From NCBI GenBank assembly GCA_963783375.1, contig CAWANH010000028.1:1024001-1088000 (forward strand): a stretch of DNA of 64,000 nt. The letters run 5' to 3'. The notes under the pieces are model-generated. The model had not been told where the DNA came from. It was given only the letters and a program-made list of their open reading frames with translations, and made no database searches. Both the position numbers and the translations under genes were made by a program. Each line of letters starts with the position of its first letter. Position 1 is the first letter of the stretch. Below, piece after piece: positions 1 to 9,782 of the stretch. The stretch is from Candidatus Eiseniibacteriota bacterium. Its GTDB lineage: Bacteria; Eisenbacteria; RBG-16-71-46; JABDJR01.

Positions 1-156
1 TCCCATCGCGCCTACAGAGGAGCGCCTCGCTCGAAGGGGCGCCGCCCCCTCGGCCGCGCCCGGGGGCCCGGGGGACAGTTTCCCCCACCCCGCCACCGTG
101 AGGGAACCCTCCCCCACGCGCGATCCAACCCCGGCGGGCCGCTTCGGACCCTCCCG

Positions 157-924
157 CTACCGCCGCCAGGTCCAGCTGGCCACCGAGAGCGAACCCTCCC
201 CCACGTGCGCTTCCGCCTGGACGACCGCGTCGACGGCGTCCGGGTCGGGCACGAACCGTGACGTGGCGCCGGTGGCCTCGATCGTTCCGCCGCGGGCCCG
301 CCAGTTCCAGACCACCTTGCCAGCCAGTTCCGCGGGCAGGTTGGTGCCGGCGGCCAGGGTGAAGCCGCCGCCGGCCGGCTCGGCCTCGATCGTCACCCCG
401 AAGTGGAGGCCCAGCGCGTCCTGGGGGTGAGGGAGGCTCATGATGGTCGCGGTGCCGGCGGCATCGACATCGACCTTGATCTCCTCGCCCACCCAGCACC
501 GGGTGCTGTCGTGGCCCTCTCCGTAGGCCACCACCTGGAACTGGGGAGACAGGGTGAACCGGCCGGTTTCCGACCCCGCGGCGGGAGGGCTCCAGCTGAA
601 GGTGAACGAAAGCGGGGGCAGAAAGGTGAGCGGGCTCGCCGAACCGACCTGGGCATAGACCTGCCCGAGTCCCTCGATCCGCTTGACCAGGGTGTCCACG
701 ACCGTCCCGCTGAAGGTCACCGACTCGCCGGCGGGCACGGTGTCGCGATCGGCGGTGATCATCATGGTGGTGTCGCGGTTCAACAGGTCGCAGAGAGGCG
801 GGGGAGGCGGGTCGCAGATCGTGCCCGTGTTGTCGCAGGCCTGCACCGTGGCCGCGGCGGCCGCGCCGACCGCCACCGCCACGTCCCGCTTGGTGAGCCC
901 CCGGCGCCGCTTCGTCTTCGCCAT
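157..924 (-). CDS. Hypothetical exported (Tat/lipoprotein-like) protein with a CDPPPPP motif and Ig-like beta-rich body
   Basis: N-terminus KRRRGLTKRD, Ala-rich helix, then VQAC (lipobox-like); AGGAG RBS upstream; starts 12 nt after the rSAM stop. Confidence 0.75.
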   Translation of the reverse strand: MAKTKRRRGLTKRDVAVAVGAAAAATVQACDNTGTICDPPPPPLCDLLNRDTTMMITADRDTVPAGESVTFSGTVVDTLVKRIEGLGQVYAQVGSASPLTFLPPLSFTFSWSPPAAGSETGRFTLSPQFQVVAYGEGHDSTRCWVGEEIKVDVDAAGTATIMSLPHPQDALGLHFGVTIEAEPAGGGFTLAAGTNLPAELAGKVVWNWRARGGTIEATGATSRFVPDPDAVDAVVQAEAHVGEGSLSVASWTWRR

Positions 925-936
925 CTCCGACTCCTT

Positions 937-2535
937 TCAGAGAACCGCCGGGGCCTCGCCGGCCGGCGATCGACTGCGTTTCAGGCGGGCCCGAAGCGCC
1001 GCCATTTCCCCTTCCAGATCCGCGTCCCGCCGGGCGGTCTCCCAGGCCAGCTCCGAGACCTCGGCGCGGAGGCGCTCCCCCCGCGGATTCGCCGCGGCGA
1101 TCCGGCACGCCCGCTCCAGGAGCCCGCAGGTATCGGCATGGAGCCGCACCTCGAACCTCCCCACGTCGCGACTCAATTCATCCAGCTTCAGGTCGGGCCG
1201 GGCCCGTCCCATCGCCGCCGGTTCGTAGCCCAGGCTCGACGCGCCGTTCAGGAGCCCGTGGATGTGATACGCCCGCCGATGGAAGACGACCCCCACGATC
1301 CGCGACGCCAGCTCCGCCCGCGGGTCGGCGATGCGATAGACCGGCGCCAGCTCCGGCCCGAAGAGACGCCGCTGCCGCCGGAGCCAGCGATCGAGCGGCG
1401 TCCCCGTGTAGATCTCCACCCGGCCCACGTTGAAGGGCACGGTGGGATGCGCGCGGGCGAAGGCCACGTCCTCCCGCACCTCCTCCAGGCGGGTCTCGGG
1501 GTGGAACGAAAGCATGTTGTAGCAGGCGAAGACCCCGAGGTCCTCGAACACCCGGAGCGCCGCGTGGCCGGCGGCGACGGACTGGCCGCGACCGAGCACC
1601 TTCAGGCCGTGGGGGTTTCCCGACTCGATCCCCACGTAGGCGCGGACGAGCCCCGCCTCGCGGAGGGGCGCGATCACCGGTTGGGTCACGATGTCGGGGC
1701 GGATCTTGATCACCACCGCCGCCCGGTCCAGCCCGCGTCCCAGCACCGCATCCCGAAACGCCTCCGCCCGCTCCCGGCTCGCCTCCACCGTGGGACGAAG
1801 GAAGTTGTCGTCGTGGAAGATGAAGATCCGGACCCCGTGTTCCCGGTAGAGCGTCGCCATCTCGTCGGCCATGGCCTCGACGTTCCGCTCCCGCCGCCGG
1901 GATCCGGGACGCTGGCGGCCGAAGGTCTGGATCGAACAATAGGTGCATCCCTGGAGGCAGCCTCGGCTCCCGAGCATCGAGGCCACCGGGAGGCCGGCCT
2001 GGCGGGTGAAGGGTGGGGTCCTCAAAGGGAGGGAGAGCCGGTCCAGGTCCTCCCGCGCCGGACGGGGCGGGGTCTCGACCGTGGTTCCGTTTCGGAACGT
2101 GATGCCTGGAATTTCCGACAGATCGCACCCGTTTTCCAGGGCGGCGGCCAGCTCCACCAGGGTCTCCTCGCCCTCGCCGCGCACCACCGAATCCAGGGCG
2201 GGGGAGAGCTCGAGCAGCCGGCGCGCGGCCACGGTGGCGAACTGTCCCCCCACGGTCAGATGGCCGGTGTAGCCCTCCTCGCGGAGCCGCGCGGCGAGAG
2301 CCAGGAATCGCGGGGCGTGGGCCTGGAAGGCCAGGGAGAGGCCGAGGAGGACGGGCTTCAGGGCCAGCGCGCGCCCGGCCACCGCTTCGGGGGGATCGTC
2401 GGCGTCGAACCGGGTCAGATGGACGGGACGTCCCGCCGCGGCCACCGCCGCCCCCAGGTATCGCAGGGCGAGGTTCTCCTCGGATTCCGCGCCCACCAGC
2501 ACCACGGGCCCGCCGGCCCGACGATGGCTCCCCAT
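937..2535 (-). CDS. Cobalamin-binding radical SAM protein (class B methyltransferase-like)
   Basis: N-terminal Rossmann B12 domain (GGQFAT, VRGEGE), SRGCLQGCTYC CxxxCxxC, FHDDNF, GIESG motifs. Confidence 0.9.
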   Translation of the reverse strand: MGSHRRAGGPVVLVGAESEENLALRYLGAAVAAAGRPVHLTRFDADDPPEAVAGRALALKPVLLGLSLAFQAHAPRFLALAARLREEGYTGHLTVGGQFATVAARRLLELSPALDSVVRGEGEETLVELAAALENGCDLSEIPGITFRNGTTVETPPRPAREDLDRLSLPLRTPPFTRQAGLPVASMLGSRGCLQGCTYCSIQTFGRQRPGSRRRERNVEAMADEMATLYREHGVRIFIFHDDNFLRPTVEASRERAEAFRDAVLGRGLDRAAVVIKIRPDIVTQPVIAPLREAGLVRAYVGIESGNPHGLKVLGRGQSVAAGHAALRVFEDLGVFACYNMLSFHPETRLEEVREDVAFARAHPTVPFNVGRVEIYTGTPLDRWLRRQRRLFGPELAPVYRIADPRAELASRIVGVVFHRRAYHIHGLLNGASSLGYEPAAMGRARPDLKLDELSRDVGRFEVRLHADTCGLLERACRIAAANPRGERLRAEVSELAWETARRDADLEGEMAALRARLKRSRSPAGEAPAVL

Positions 2536-2688
2536 CCGTCCTCCTTCCGAAGCTGCTCCGGACCATAGCGCCGGGAAATCATCCTGTCGATTGTCGAACC
2601 CCGCCCGTTCCCATAGGTTCCCGGTCGGTTCCCGATTCCGGTCTCATCCCCGATCCGCGAGGCGGCTCCCTGCGCTATCCTCTCCCGC

Positions 2689-3588
2689 ATGCGGATCGGC
2701 ATCGACCTGGGGGGAACCAAGATCGAGGGCATCGTCCTCGACCCGGACGGCGAGGTGCGCGCGCGGCGGCGGGTCGCCACCCCGCGCGACGACTACGACG
2801 CCACCCTGGATCGGGTGGCGGCGCTCGTGAAGGAACTGCAAGGCACGGCGGGCGGCGATGCCTCGATCGGGATCGGCACCCCGGGCGCGATCTCGCCGGC
2901 CACCGGGCTCATCAAGAACGCCAACTCCACCTGGCTGAACGGGCGGCGGTTGAAGGAGGACCTGGAGCGGCGGCTCGGTCGGGAGATCCGGGTGGCCAAC
3001 GACGCCAACTGCTTCGCCCTCTCCGAGGCGGCCGACGGCGCCGGCGCCGGGGCCTCGATCGTATTCGGGGTGATCGTCGGCACCGGGACCGGAGGCGGCA
3101 TCGTGGTGAACGGTGAGGTGCTCCCCGGCGCCGACGCGATCGCCGGGGAGTGGGGACACAATCCGCTCCCGTGGCCTCGGGAGGACGAGCACCCGGGGCC
3201 GCTCTGCTGGTGCGGCCGGCGGGGATGCCTGGAGCAATACCTCTCCGGCCCCGGCATGACGCGGGATCATCTCGAGCGCACCGGAGAGCGGCTCGAACCG
3301 GCGGAGATCGCCGCGCGGGCCGAAGCGGGCGACGCAGCGGCGAAGGCCACCCTCGACCGCTACGTGGATCGCATGGCCCGCGGACTGGCCACGGTGGTGA
3401 ATCTCCTCGACCCCGACGCGATCGTGCTCGGGGGTGGCATGTCGAACCTGACGGTGCTCTACGAGCGGGTGCCCGCGCTCTGGGGCGACTACGTGTTTTC
3501 GGACCGGATCGATACGGTTCTCCGTCGGCCCGCGCACGGGGACGCGAGCGGGGTTCGCGGAGCGGCCCGGCTCTGGCCGGCGCGGTGA
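2689..3588 (+). CDS. mak: ROK-family sugar kinase (fructokinase Mak-like)
   Basis: GIDLGGTKIE, NDANCFALSEA, GEWGH, CWCGRRGCLE, HGDASGVRGAA motifs. Confidence 0.88.
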   Translation: MRIGIDLGGTKIEGIVLDPDGEVRARRRVATPRDDYDATLDRVAALVKELQGTAGGDASIGIGTPGAISPATGLIKNANSTWLNGRRLKEDLERRLGREIRVANDANCFALSEAADGAGAGASIVFGVIVGTGTGGGIVVNGEVLPGADAIAGEWGHNPLPWPREDEHPGPLCWCGRRGCLEQYLSGPGMTRDHLERTGERLEPAEIAARAEAGDAAAKATLDRYVDRMARGLATVVNLLDPDAIVLGGGMSNLTVLYERVPALWGDYVFSDRIDTVLRRPAHGDASGVRGAARLWPAR

Positions 3589-3948
3589 TCATCCCACCCG
3601 ATTCCCTGCCGGGAACTACCAAAATCTGAGTCGCGAGGCCCCCCGTTTAGGGCAAACCCCGCAACCTTGCCTGCGGGATCTTGGCGATGGTCGCCCGTCT
3701 CTGCAATCGGGATTTTTGAGTCGATTGATCAACTAAAACGCAGATACACTACACACGGGCATATGTACGTCGACTTTGATTGAATCGGCCTATCCACTGG
3801 TGTACAAGAACAAATGAGGGTGAGGGGACCACCAAATCACATACATCTCGACACCCACACTGGTCCCTGCGACTCATGACTCTTCCGAGGGAACACCCCC
3901 CCCCGGATTCACCAATAACGGCGCCGGAGCGCGCTCAAGTGGATTCGG

Positions 3949-5574
3949 ATGATGGCTGCACATCACCGACGACCTTTCCCCTTTCTCCTCTGGGTCATTG
4001 TGCTCCTAGGGCTGGTACTCCCGCTGTCCTGTTCTCCGAACCGGATTCGCCCCGACGTTGTGGACTACGACGTGTATCCCTTGATCCTTCAGTTCGGCCG
4101 GGTGGAGGTGGGTGCCCGAGTGGAACGGAGCTTCTACGTTCGGAACACCGGGACGTTGCCTTTGGATGTGGAGATCCAGGCCGCGTGCTCCGGATACCGG
4201 GTCCTCGATGGCGAGGGAACGGCAACCCTCCCCGCCGGAGACTCCCTTCGGGTGATGGTGGAGTACGCCCCGACGGCCGGGAGGGAGACCCGGTGCAACA
4301 TCGAAGTGAGCACGTCCCATCACCAGACAACGGTGCAGTGCCTGGGAAACAGCCTGAGAACGTGGGCAGTGGCGGCGGACGGAAGCGGGGATGCCCCCAC
4401 CGTGCAGGCCGCCATCGACAGCGCGATCAGCGGGGACACTATTGTGGTCGGCCCCGGACATTACTACGAGAATATCGATTTCCTTGGGAAGAACATCACG
4501 CTCCGGAGCGCGGAGGGCCCCGAGGTGACGATCCTGGATGGCAGCACCCGGGACAGCTCGGTAGTGATGATGAGGCACGATGAGACCCGTAGCGCCGTCC
4601 TGGAGGGGTTCACGGTCACTGGGGGAAGAGGATGGAAGGCAGCTGGAGTGAGCGTCTACGGAGGGGGGGTCATGTTGGTGGGGGCAAGCGCCACCATTCG
4701 AAACAACGTGATTGTCAAGAATCAGGCTCGGATTGGAGGTGGGCTCGCGACTCAACCCAGCAAGGTAGTATCTTTTCCAGATCCATTGATCGAGAACAAC
4801 ACCTTTCAGGAGAACTCCTGCACCCTTGATGGGGGGGCGGTGGAAATAGCCCAAGGCAACCAAGTGATACGGAACAACAAGTTCTGCAGGAATTCAGCGT
4901 ACGCTGACGGAGGCGCCATCTGGCTCTGGCAGAACCAAGGTCGGGTCACGATCGAAGGCAACGAATTCCTGGAGAACGTGGCCGGCGACCATGGAGCCGG
5001 GATCTATGCTGCCGGGAACCATTCTCTCACTCAGATACGGATCGAGGGCAACCTGTTCATTCGCAACCGCACAACCGGCCCGGGGTTCTTCGGAGATACC
5101 GGCTCCGGCGCCGCAGTCGCGATACTGCAGACCGATGGGGTGGTGCGAAGCAACACGATGGTTGAGAACGACGGTCACCATTTGACCGACTGCGGAGGCG
5201 GAGGTCTCCTGCTCTATCTCACCGGGGTGGGGCTGGTCGTGGTGGACAACATCATCGTGGATAACCAACAGTGTGGAATCGCCTGCTGGTGGGCCGGCAC
5301 AACGGCAACCATGCGCCGGAACCTACTCTGGAACAACGCTGGGGGCAACCTGGGGATTGGCGACGGTGGCTGCCCAAGCACCTGGGCGGACTCGATGATT
5401 GTCGCAGACCCTCTCTTCTGCGATCCAGCCAACGACGACTTCCACGTGGCCGAAAACTCCCCGGCGATACATGGAAAGGAGGTGATGGGAGCGTACAGAG
5501 AACCCGGCTGCGGTCCGAAACCCCCGGCCACAGCCAATCTGTGGAAGTCACTCGGGATCCGACACCGAAACTGA
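3949..5574 (+). CDS. Lipoprotein with N-terminal Ig-like (ASH-type) domain and right-handed parallel beta-helix repeats
   Basis: Lipobox LPLSC; TVQAAID, YENIDFLGKNITL and repeated N-x-A-xx-GG motifs; DPLFCD...DFHV...SP C-terminal motif; more A/T third positions than neighbours. Confidence 0.8.
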   Translation: MMAAHHRRPFPFLLWVIVLLGLVLPLSCSPNRIRPDVVDYDVYPLILQFGRVEVGARVERSFYVRNTGTLPLDVEIQAACSGYRVLDGEGTATLPAGDSLRVMVEYAPTAGRETRCNIEVSTSHHQTTVQCLGNSLRTWAVAADGSGDAPTVQAAIDSAISGDTIVVGPGHYYENIDFLGKNITLRSAEGPEVTILDGSTRDSSVVMMRHDETRSAVLEGFTVTGGRGWKAAGVSVYGGGVMLVGASATIRNNVIVKNQARIGGGLATQPSKVVSFPDPLIENNTFQENSCTLDGGAVEIAQGNQVIRNNKFCRNSAYADGGAIWLWQNQGRVTIEGNEFLENVAGDHGAGIYAAGNHSLTQIRIEGNLFIRNRTTGPGFFGDTGSGAAVAILQTDGVVRSNTMVENDGHHLTDCGGGGLLLYLTGVGLVVVDNIIVDNQQCGIACWWAGTTATMRRNLLWNNAGGNLGIGDGGCPSTWADSMIVADPLFCDPANDDFHVAENSPAIHGKEVMGAYREPGCGPKPPATANLWKSLGIRHRN

Positions 5575-5628
5575 TCAGCTGGGTTCCGAGTCAGAACACA
5601 AACAGCCAAATCGGGGGAGCGGACAGCC

Positions 5629-6006
5629 GTGGAGGGCCGGATCACCCGGGCCACGCTCCAGTACGCGGTGGACTGCGAGGCGGAAGGTGGCCTTGCGATC
5701 CTGGCCCACCGGGCCCCGGCGGCATGGGATGGACAGACGGTGGACACTCTCTGGTGGGGGAACCATCGGGACGGGCTCGAACGGTCCGACGCGAGCAGCT
5801 TCGAGCTGGCGGATTGCGCGGACGACGAGGTCTCCCTGGACCTGACCCGATGGGTCCGGGCGTGGAAGACCGGAGCGAAGGCGGCCAACGGGGTTGTGCT
5901 CCGCTACCCGGATCTCCCGCTGGAATCCATGGAGGAGACGGGGATCCCCGTCCCCCGGGCGCCGGTTCTGGTGATCCACTATCGACCGGGCACACCGAAC
6001 GAATAA
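5629..6006 (+). pseudogene. Probable 5'-truncated DNRLRE/CBM96-like domain gene
   Basis: ITRATLQY...W...DLTRWVRAW...ANGVVL...APVLVIHY pattern resembles the C-terminal part of a DNRLRE domain; no signal peptide or N-terminal part. Confidence 0.45.
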
Positions 6007-6199
6007 CGCCGGCTACTCTGCGGGTGGGTCCGAAAGCCATGTGAGGGGGGAGGGACGCCTGCCGCCCCTCCCCTGCTATGATGGGACTCCGAATCGAGAG
6101 CGCCTCAGCCCTGGTGGGGGCTGAGGACTGCGATCGCTTCCCCCGGCACCGCTGAACCGGTGTAGGATGGCCGAGCGCCCGGAAGCGGAGGATGACTCG

Positions 6200-7368
6200 A
6201 TGAAGGATCCCGTCGAGGCGCTCCTGCCCGATCTCGTCGCGTTGCGGCACAGGTTGCACCAGACCGCGGAGCGATCCGGCGAGGAGTCGAAGACCGCCCG
6301 CGTGGTCGAGGACTTCGTGAGCCGCCTCGACCCCGACGAAGCGGTGACCGGGATCGGAGGGCACGGTCTCGCGTTCGTGTTCCAGGGCGCGGCGGACGGT
6401 CCCACCGTCATGGTGCGGGCCGAGCTGGACGCGCTCCCCATTTCCGATGCCGGCGAACCTGGATCACCGCTCGCTCTCCCCCGGCACGTCCCACAAGTGC
6501 GGCCACGACGGGCACATGACGATCCTGGCCGGGCTGGGGGCGCTCCTCGCCCGCGACCGGCCGGCCGCGCGGCCGGGTGGTGCTCCTCTACCAGCCGGCG
6601 GAGGAGAGCGGCGAGGGCGCGGCGCGGGTCCTCGACGACCCCAAGTTCCAGCCCCTCCGGCCCGACTACGCCTACGGCTTTCACAACCTTCCCGGGGAGT
6701 CGCTCGGCGCGGTGCTCAGCCGGCCCGGGGTCATGACCTGCGCCTCGCGCGGCCTCCACGCGGTTCTCCGGGGCCGCGGCGCCCACGCCGCCCACCCCGA
6801 GCACGGCGTATCCCCCACGCTCCCCATGTGCCGGATCGTGGAGGGGCTGACCGCCCTTCCGTCCATTCCCGACCTTCGGAACCGGGTGGTCCAGGTCACG
6901 GTGGTGCACGCGCGGCTGGGGGAACCCGCCTTCGGGATCGCCCCCGGCGAGGCGGAGATCCTGGCTACCCTCCGCACCGAGGCCGATTCCGACATGGAGC
7001 GCCTGGCCGAGCGGGCGGAGAAGCTGGTTCGCGACCTGGCGACCCTGGCCGGGCTGGGCTACGAGATCGAATGGAAGGACGTCTTCACCGCGGGGGTGAA
7101 CGATCCCGGCGCGGTGGAGGTGGTGCGATGCGCCGCCGAGCAGACGAACCTGGCCTTCCAGCTCATGGACGAACCGATCCGCGAGTCCGAGGACTTCGGC
7201 CGGTTCACCGCCGCCTCCACCGGGGCGTTCTTCGTCCTGGGCTCGGGGAAGAAGGCCCCGCCCCTCCACGACCCCGACTACGATTTCCCCGATCCCCTGA
7301 TCGGGCCGGGGGTGCGGCTCCTCAGGGCCCTGGTGGACGAGGTGCTGGGGCCGCCCGAGCGCCGGTGA
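6200..7368 (+). CDS. M20D-family amidohydrolase, split by two frameshifts (~6450, ~6570)
   Basis: LRHRLH..E.SGEE, RAELDALP (frame 1), HKCGHDGH (frame 2), YQPAEE, GFHNLPG, SEDFG, LHDPDYDFPD (frame 3). Confidence 0.85.
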
Positions 7369-7508
7369 CCGCCCGCCGAGGCCTCGGCGGTTCTGTTCCC
7401 CGGCCGTGACCGCTCTATCCCATTGCGCCCCCGGGCGCGGTTTGCCAAAGTGATGCCGGTCCCAGGCCGCCGGTTCGCGACAAGGCCGGCCAGAGGAGCA
7501 ACTCCACG

Positions 7509-7814
7509 ATGCAACGTCTGACCGTCGATTCCGAGGAGGGATTCTCCATCATCGCCGGGACCGATCGCTCCCAGGCCGCGGTCATGGTCATCGACCGGGG
7601 GAGCGCGACGGGGGGGCCGGAGAACCGTCACCCCAGGAGCGACCAATGGCTCTTCGTGCTCTCGGGATCGGCCACCGCCACCGTGAACGGGGAGAAGGTC
7701 AAGCTCGCCCCGGGAACCCTGCTCCTGATCGAGGCCGGGGAGACCCACGAGATCGTGAACAACGGCGCCGAGCCGTTCCGCGCCCTCAACGTCTACGCGC
7801 CGCCGGCGTACTGA
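7509..7814 (+). CDS. Cupin domain protein
   Basis: H..SDQWLFVLSG...LIEAGETHEI..N.YAPPAY; GGAG RBS. Confidence 0.85.
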   Translation: MQRLTVDSEEGFSIIAGTDRSQAAVMVIDRGSATGGPENRHPRSDQWLFVLSGSATATVNGEKVKLAPGTLLLIEAGETHEIVNNGAEPFRALNVYAPPAY

Positions 7815-7909
7815 CCGGACTGCTCGATCGGGACGGGCCGGCGCAGTTCACCCGGGTGAACTGCGCGCGATCCTCCGGGCGGCGTCCCTCGGATCGCGCC
7901 GGCGCCCGC

Positions 7910-8710
7910 TCAGTCCACCGCCAGCTCGCCCCGGAACACGGTCACCGCCTGCCCGGCCAGGATCACCCGGTCGCCGGCCATCCGGGTCCGGACGATCCCC
8001 CCCCGCGCCGAGCACTGGTAGCCGGTGAGCTCCGTCTTCCCCAGCCGCTCCGACCAGTAGGGCGCGAGCGCGCAGTGGGCGGAGCCGGTCACCGGGTCTT
8101 CGGGCACCCCGGAGCCGGGGGCGAAGAACCGGGACACGAAGTCGAATCGCGCGCCGGACTCGTCGGCGGTGCTGGTGACGATCACCCCCCGCACCCCGAG
8201 CGCGGCCAGCCGGCGGAAATCGGGGCGGACCTCGCGCACCGCCGCCTCGTCCTCCAGCTCCAGGAAGTAGTCGAGGCGGGTCTTCCCCACGTAGCGCGGG
8301 GCGATCCCCATGGCGCGGGAGAGGCCCTCGGGTTTGAGGGCCGGGGTCTCGGGGGTGGCGGGAAAGTCCATCTCGATCCAGCCCCCCTTGCGCTCCGCGG
8401 TGAGGCGGCCGCTCTGGGTCTGGAAGTGGGCGGGCCGGTCCGCGGCGACCGCCCCGGTCTCCCACAGCACCTGGGCCGAGGCCAGGGTGGCGTGCCCGCA
8501 GAGGTCCACCTCCACCGTCGGGGTGAACCACCGGAGCGCCCACGCGTCCTTTTCCGGGTGGAGGAAGGCGGTTTCGGAGAGGTTCATCTCCTGCGCCACC
8601 GCCTGCATCCACGCCGCGTCCCGCTCGCGCGCGAGCACGCAGACCGCGGCGGGGTTCCCGGCGAAGGGGTGATCGGTGAAAGCGTCCACGATGACGATCG
8701 GCTGGCCCAT
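7910..8710 (-). CDS. PhzF-family isomerase/epimerase
   Basis: VDAFTD.PF.GNPAAV, EMNLSETAF, EVDLCGHATLA, EDPVTGSAH; GGAGGAGG RBS before ATG 8710. Confidence 0.92.
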   Translation of the reverse strand: MGQPIVIVDAFTDHPFAGNPAAVCVLARERDAAWMQAVAQEMNLSETAFLHPEKDAWALRWFTPTVEVDLCGHATLASAQVLWETGAVAADRPAHFQTQSGRLTAERKGGWIEMDFPATPETPALKPEGLSRAMGIAPRYVGKTRLDYFLELEDEAAVREVRPDFRRLAALGVRGVIVTSTADESGARFDFVSRFFAPGSGVPEDPVTGSAHCALAPYWSERLGKTELTGYQCSARGGIVRTRMAGDRVILAGQAVTVFRGELAVD

Positions 8711-8868
8711 CTGTCCTCCTCCTCCCGGGTGGGTACGCCCGGGCATTGTAGCAGTCCAGGGCGAAACCGGCCCGGCCCGCCCGGCCGCGTCCGCCGGGGC
8801 CGGGCGGGGCGACCCGGAGGCCGGTCCCGCTCCCCCTGGGCCGGTTCAACGCGTATGATGGATATGCC

Positions 8869-9759
8869 ATGGCACGGTCGAAACCGGAGCTTGCCAACGA
8901 GGACATCGCCGACGTCCTCGACCGGACCGCCGATCTCCTGGACGCCCAGGACGCCAACCCCTTTCGCGTCCGCGCGTACCGCGACGCCGCCTCGACCGTG
9001 CGCGCCGCCGGCCGGTCGATTGCGGCGGTGGCCCGCGACGACGGCGAGACCGGCCTCGAGGAGCTGCCGGGCATCGGGAAGAGCCTCGCCTCGGCCATCG
9101 AGGAGCTGGTGGCCACCGGCCGGCTGGGGATGCTGGAACGGCTCCAGGGCGAGGTTTCCCCCGAGGGCCTGTTCAAGGTCGTGCCGGGGATCGGCGAGGA
9201 CCTGGCCGGGCGCATCCACCACGAGCTGGGGGTGGAGACCCTGGAGGAGCTGGAGCTGGCCGCCAACGACGGGCGGCTGGCCGGGGTGCCCGGGTTCGGC
9301 CCGCGGCGGGTGCGGGCGGTGCGCGAGACCCTGGACGCCATGCTCCGCCGGTCCTCGCGCCGCCGCGCCCGTCTGGCACGGGACCAGGACAGCGACGGCC
9401 CGGAGGACCGGCCGTCGGTGGCCGCGCTCCTGGCCGTGGACGCCGAGTATCGCGAAAAGGCCGAGGCGGGAGAGCTCCGGAAGATCGCCCCCAGGCGGTT
9501 CAATCCCGAGGGGAAGGCGTGGCTCCCCATCTACCATGCCGAGCGGGACGGGTTCTCGTTCACCGCCCTCTACTCCAACACCGCACGGGCCCACGAGCTG
9601 GAGAAGACCCGGGACTGGGTGGTGGTCTACTTCGCCCGCGACGGCCGCGAGAGCCGGTGTACGGTGGTGACCGAGCACCAGGGAAGGCTCGAGGGGAAGC
9701 GGGTGGTGCGGGGGCGCGAGGCCGAGTGCCTGGACCACTACGCGGATCACGTAAACTGA
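8869..9759 (+). CDS. PolX N-terminus-like helix-hairpin-helix DNA-binding protein (no polymerase/PHP domain)
   Basis: NPFRVRAYR, LPGIGKSLA, VPGIG, VPGFGPRR HhH motifs; C-terminal IAPRRFNP...FTALYSNTARAH...VVRGRE domain. Confidence 0.8.
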   Translation: MARSKPELANEDIADVLDRTADLLDAQDANPFRVRAYRDAASTVRAAGRSIAAVARDDGETGLEELPGIGKSLASAIEELVATGRLGMLERLQGEVSPEGLFKVVPGIGEDLAGRIHHELGVETLEELELAANDGRLAGVPGFGPRRVRAVRETLDAMLRRSSRRRARLARDQDSDGPEDRPSVAALLAVDAEYREKAEAGELRKIAPRRFNPEGKAWLPIYHAERDGFSFTALYSNTARAHELEKTRDWVVVYFARDGRESRCTVVTEHQGRLEGKRVVRGREAECLDHYADHVN

Positions 9760-9782
9760 AACGGGCTTGAAAGGAAGACGCC

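Noticed and set aside
403-2568. Very long alternative-frame ORFs (e.g. 403-2568+, 15753-18296-, 33591-37127-, 50792-52690-)
   Set aside because: Antisense or shifted shadows of motif-bearing genes; stop codons are scarce at this GC content and the translations are Arg/Pro/Gly-rich noise.
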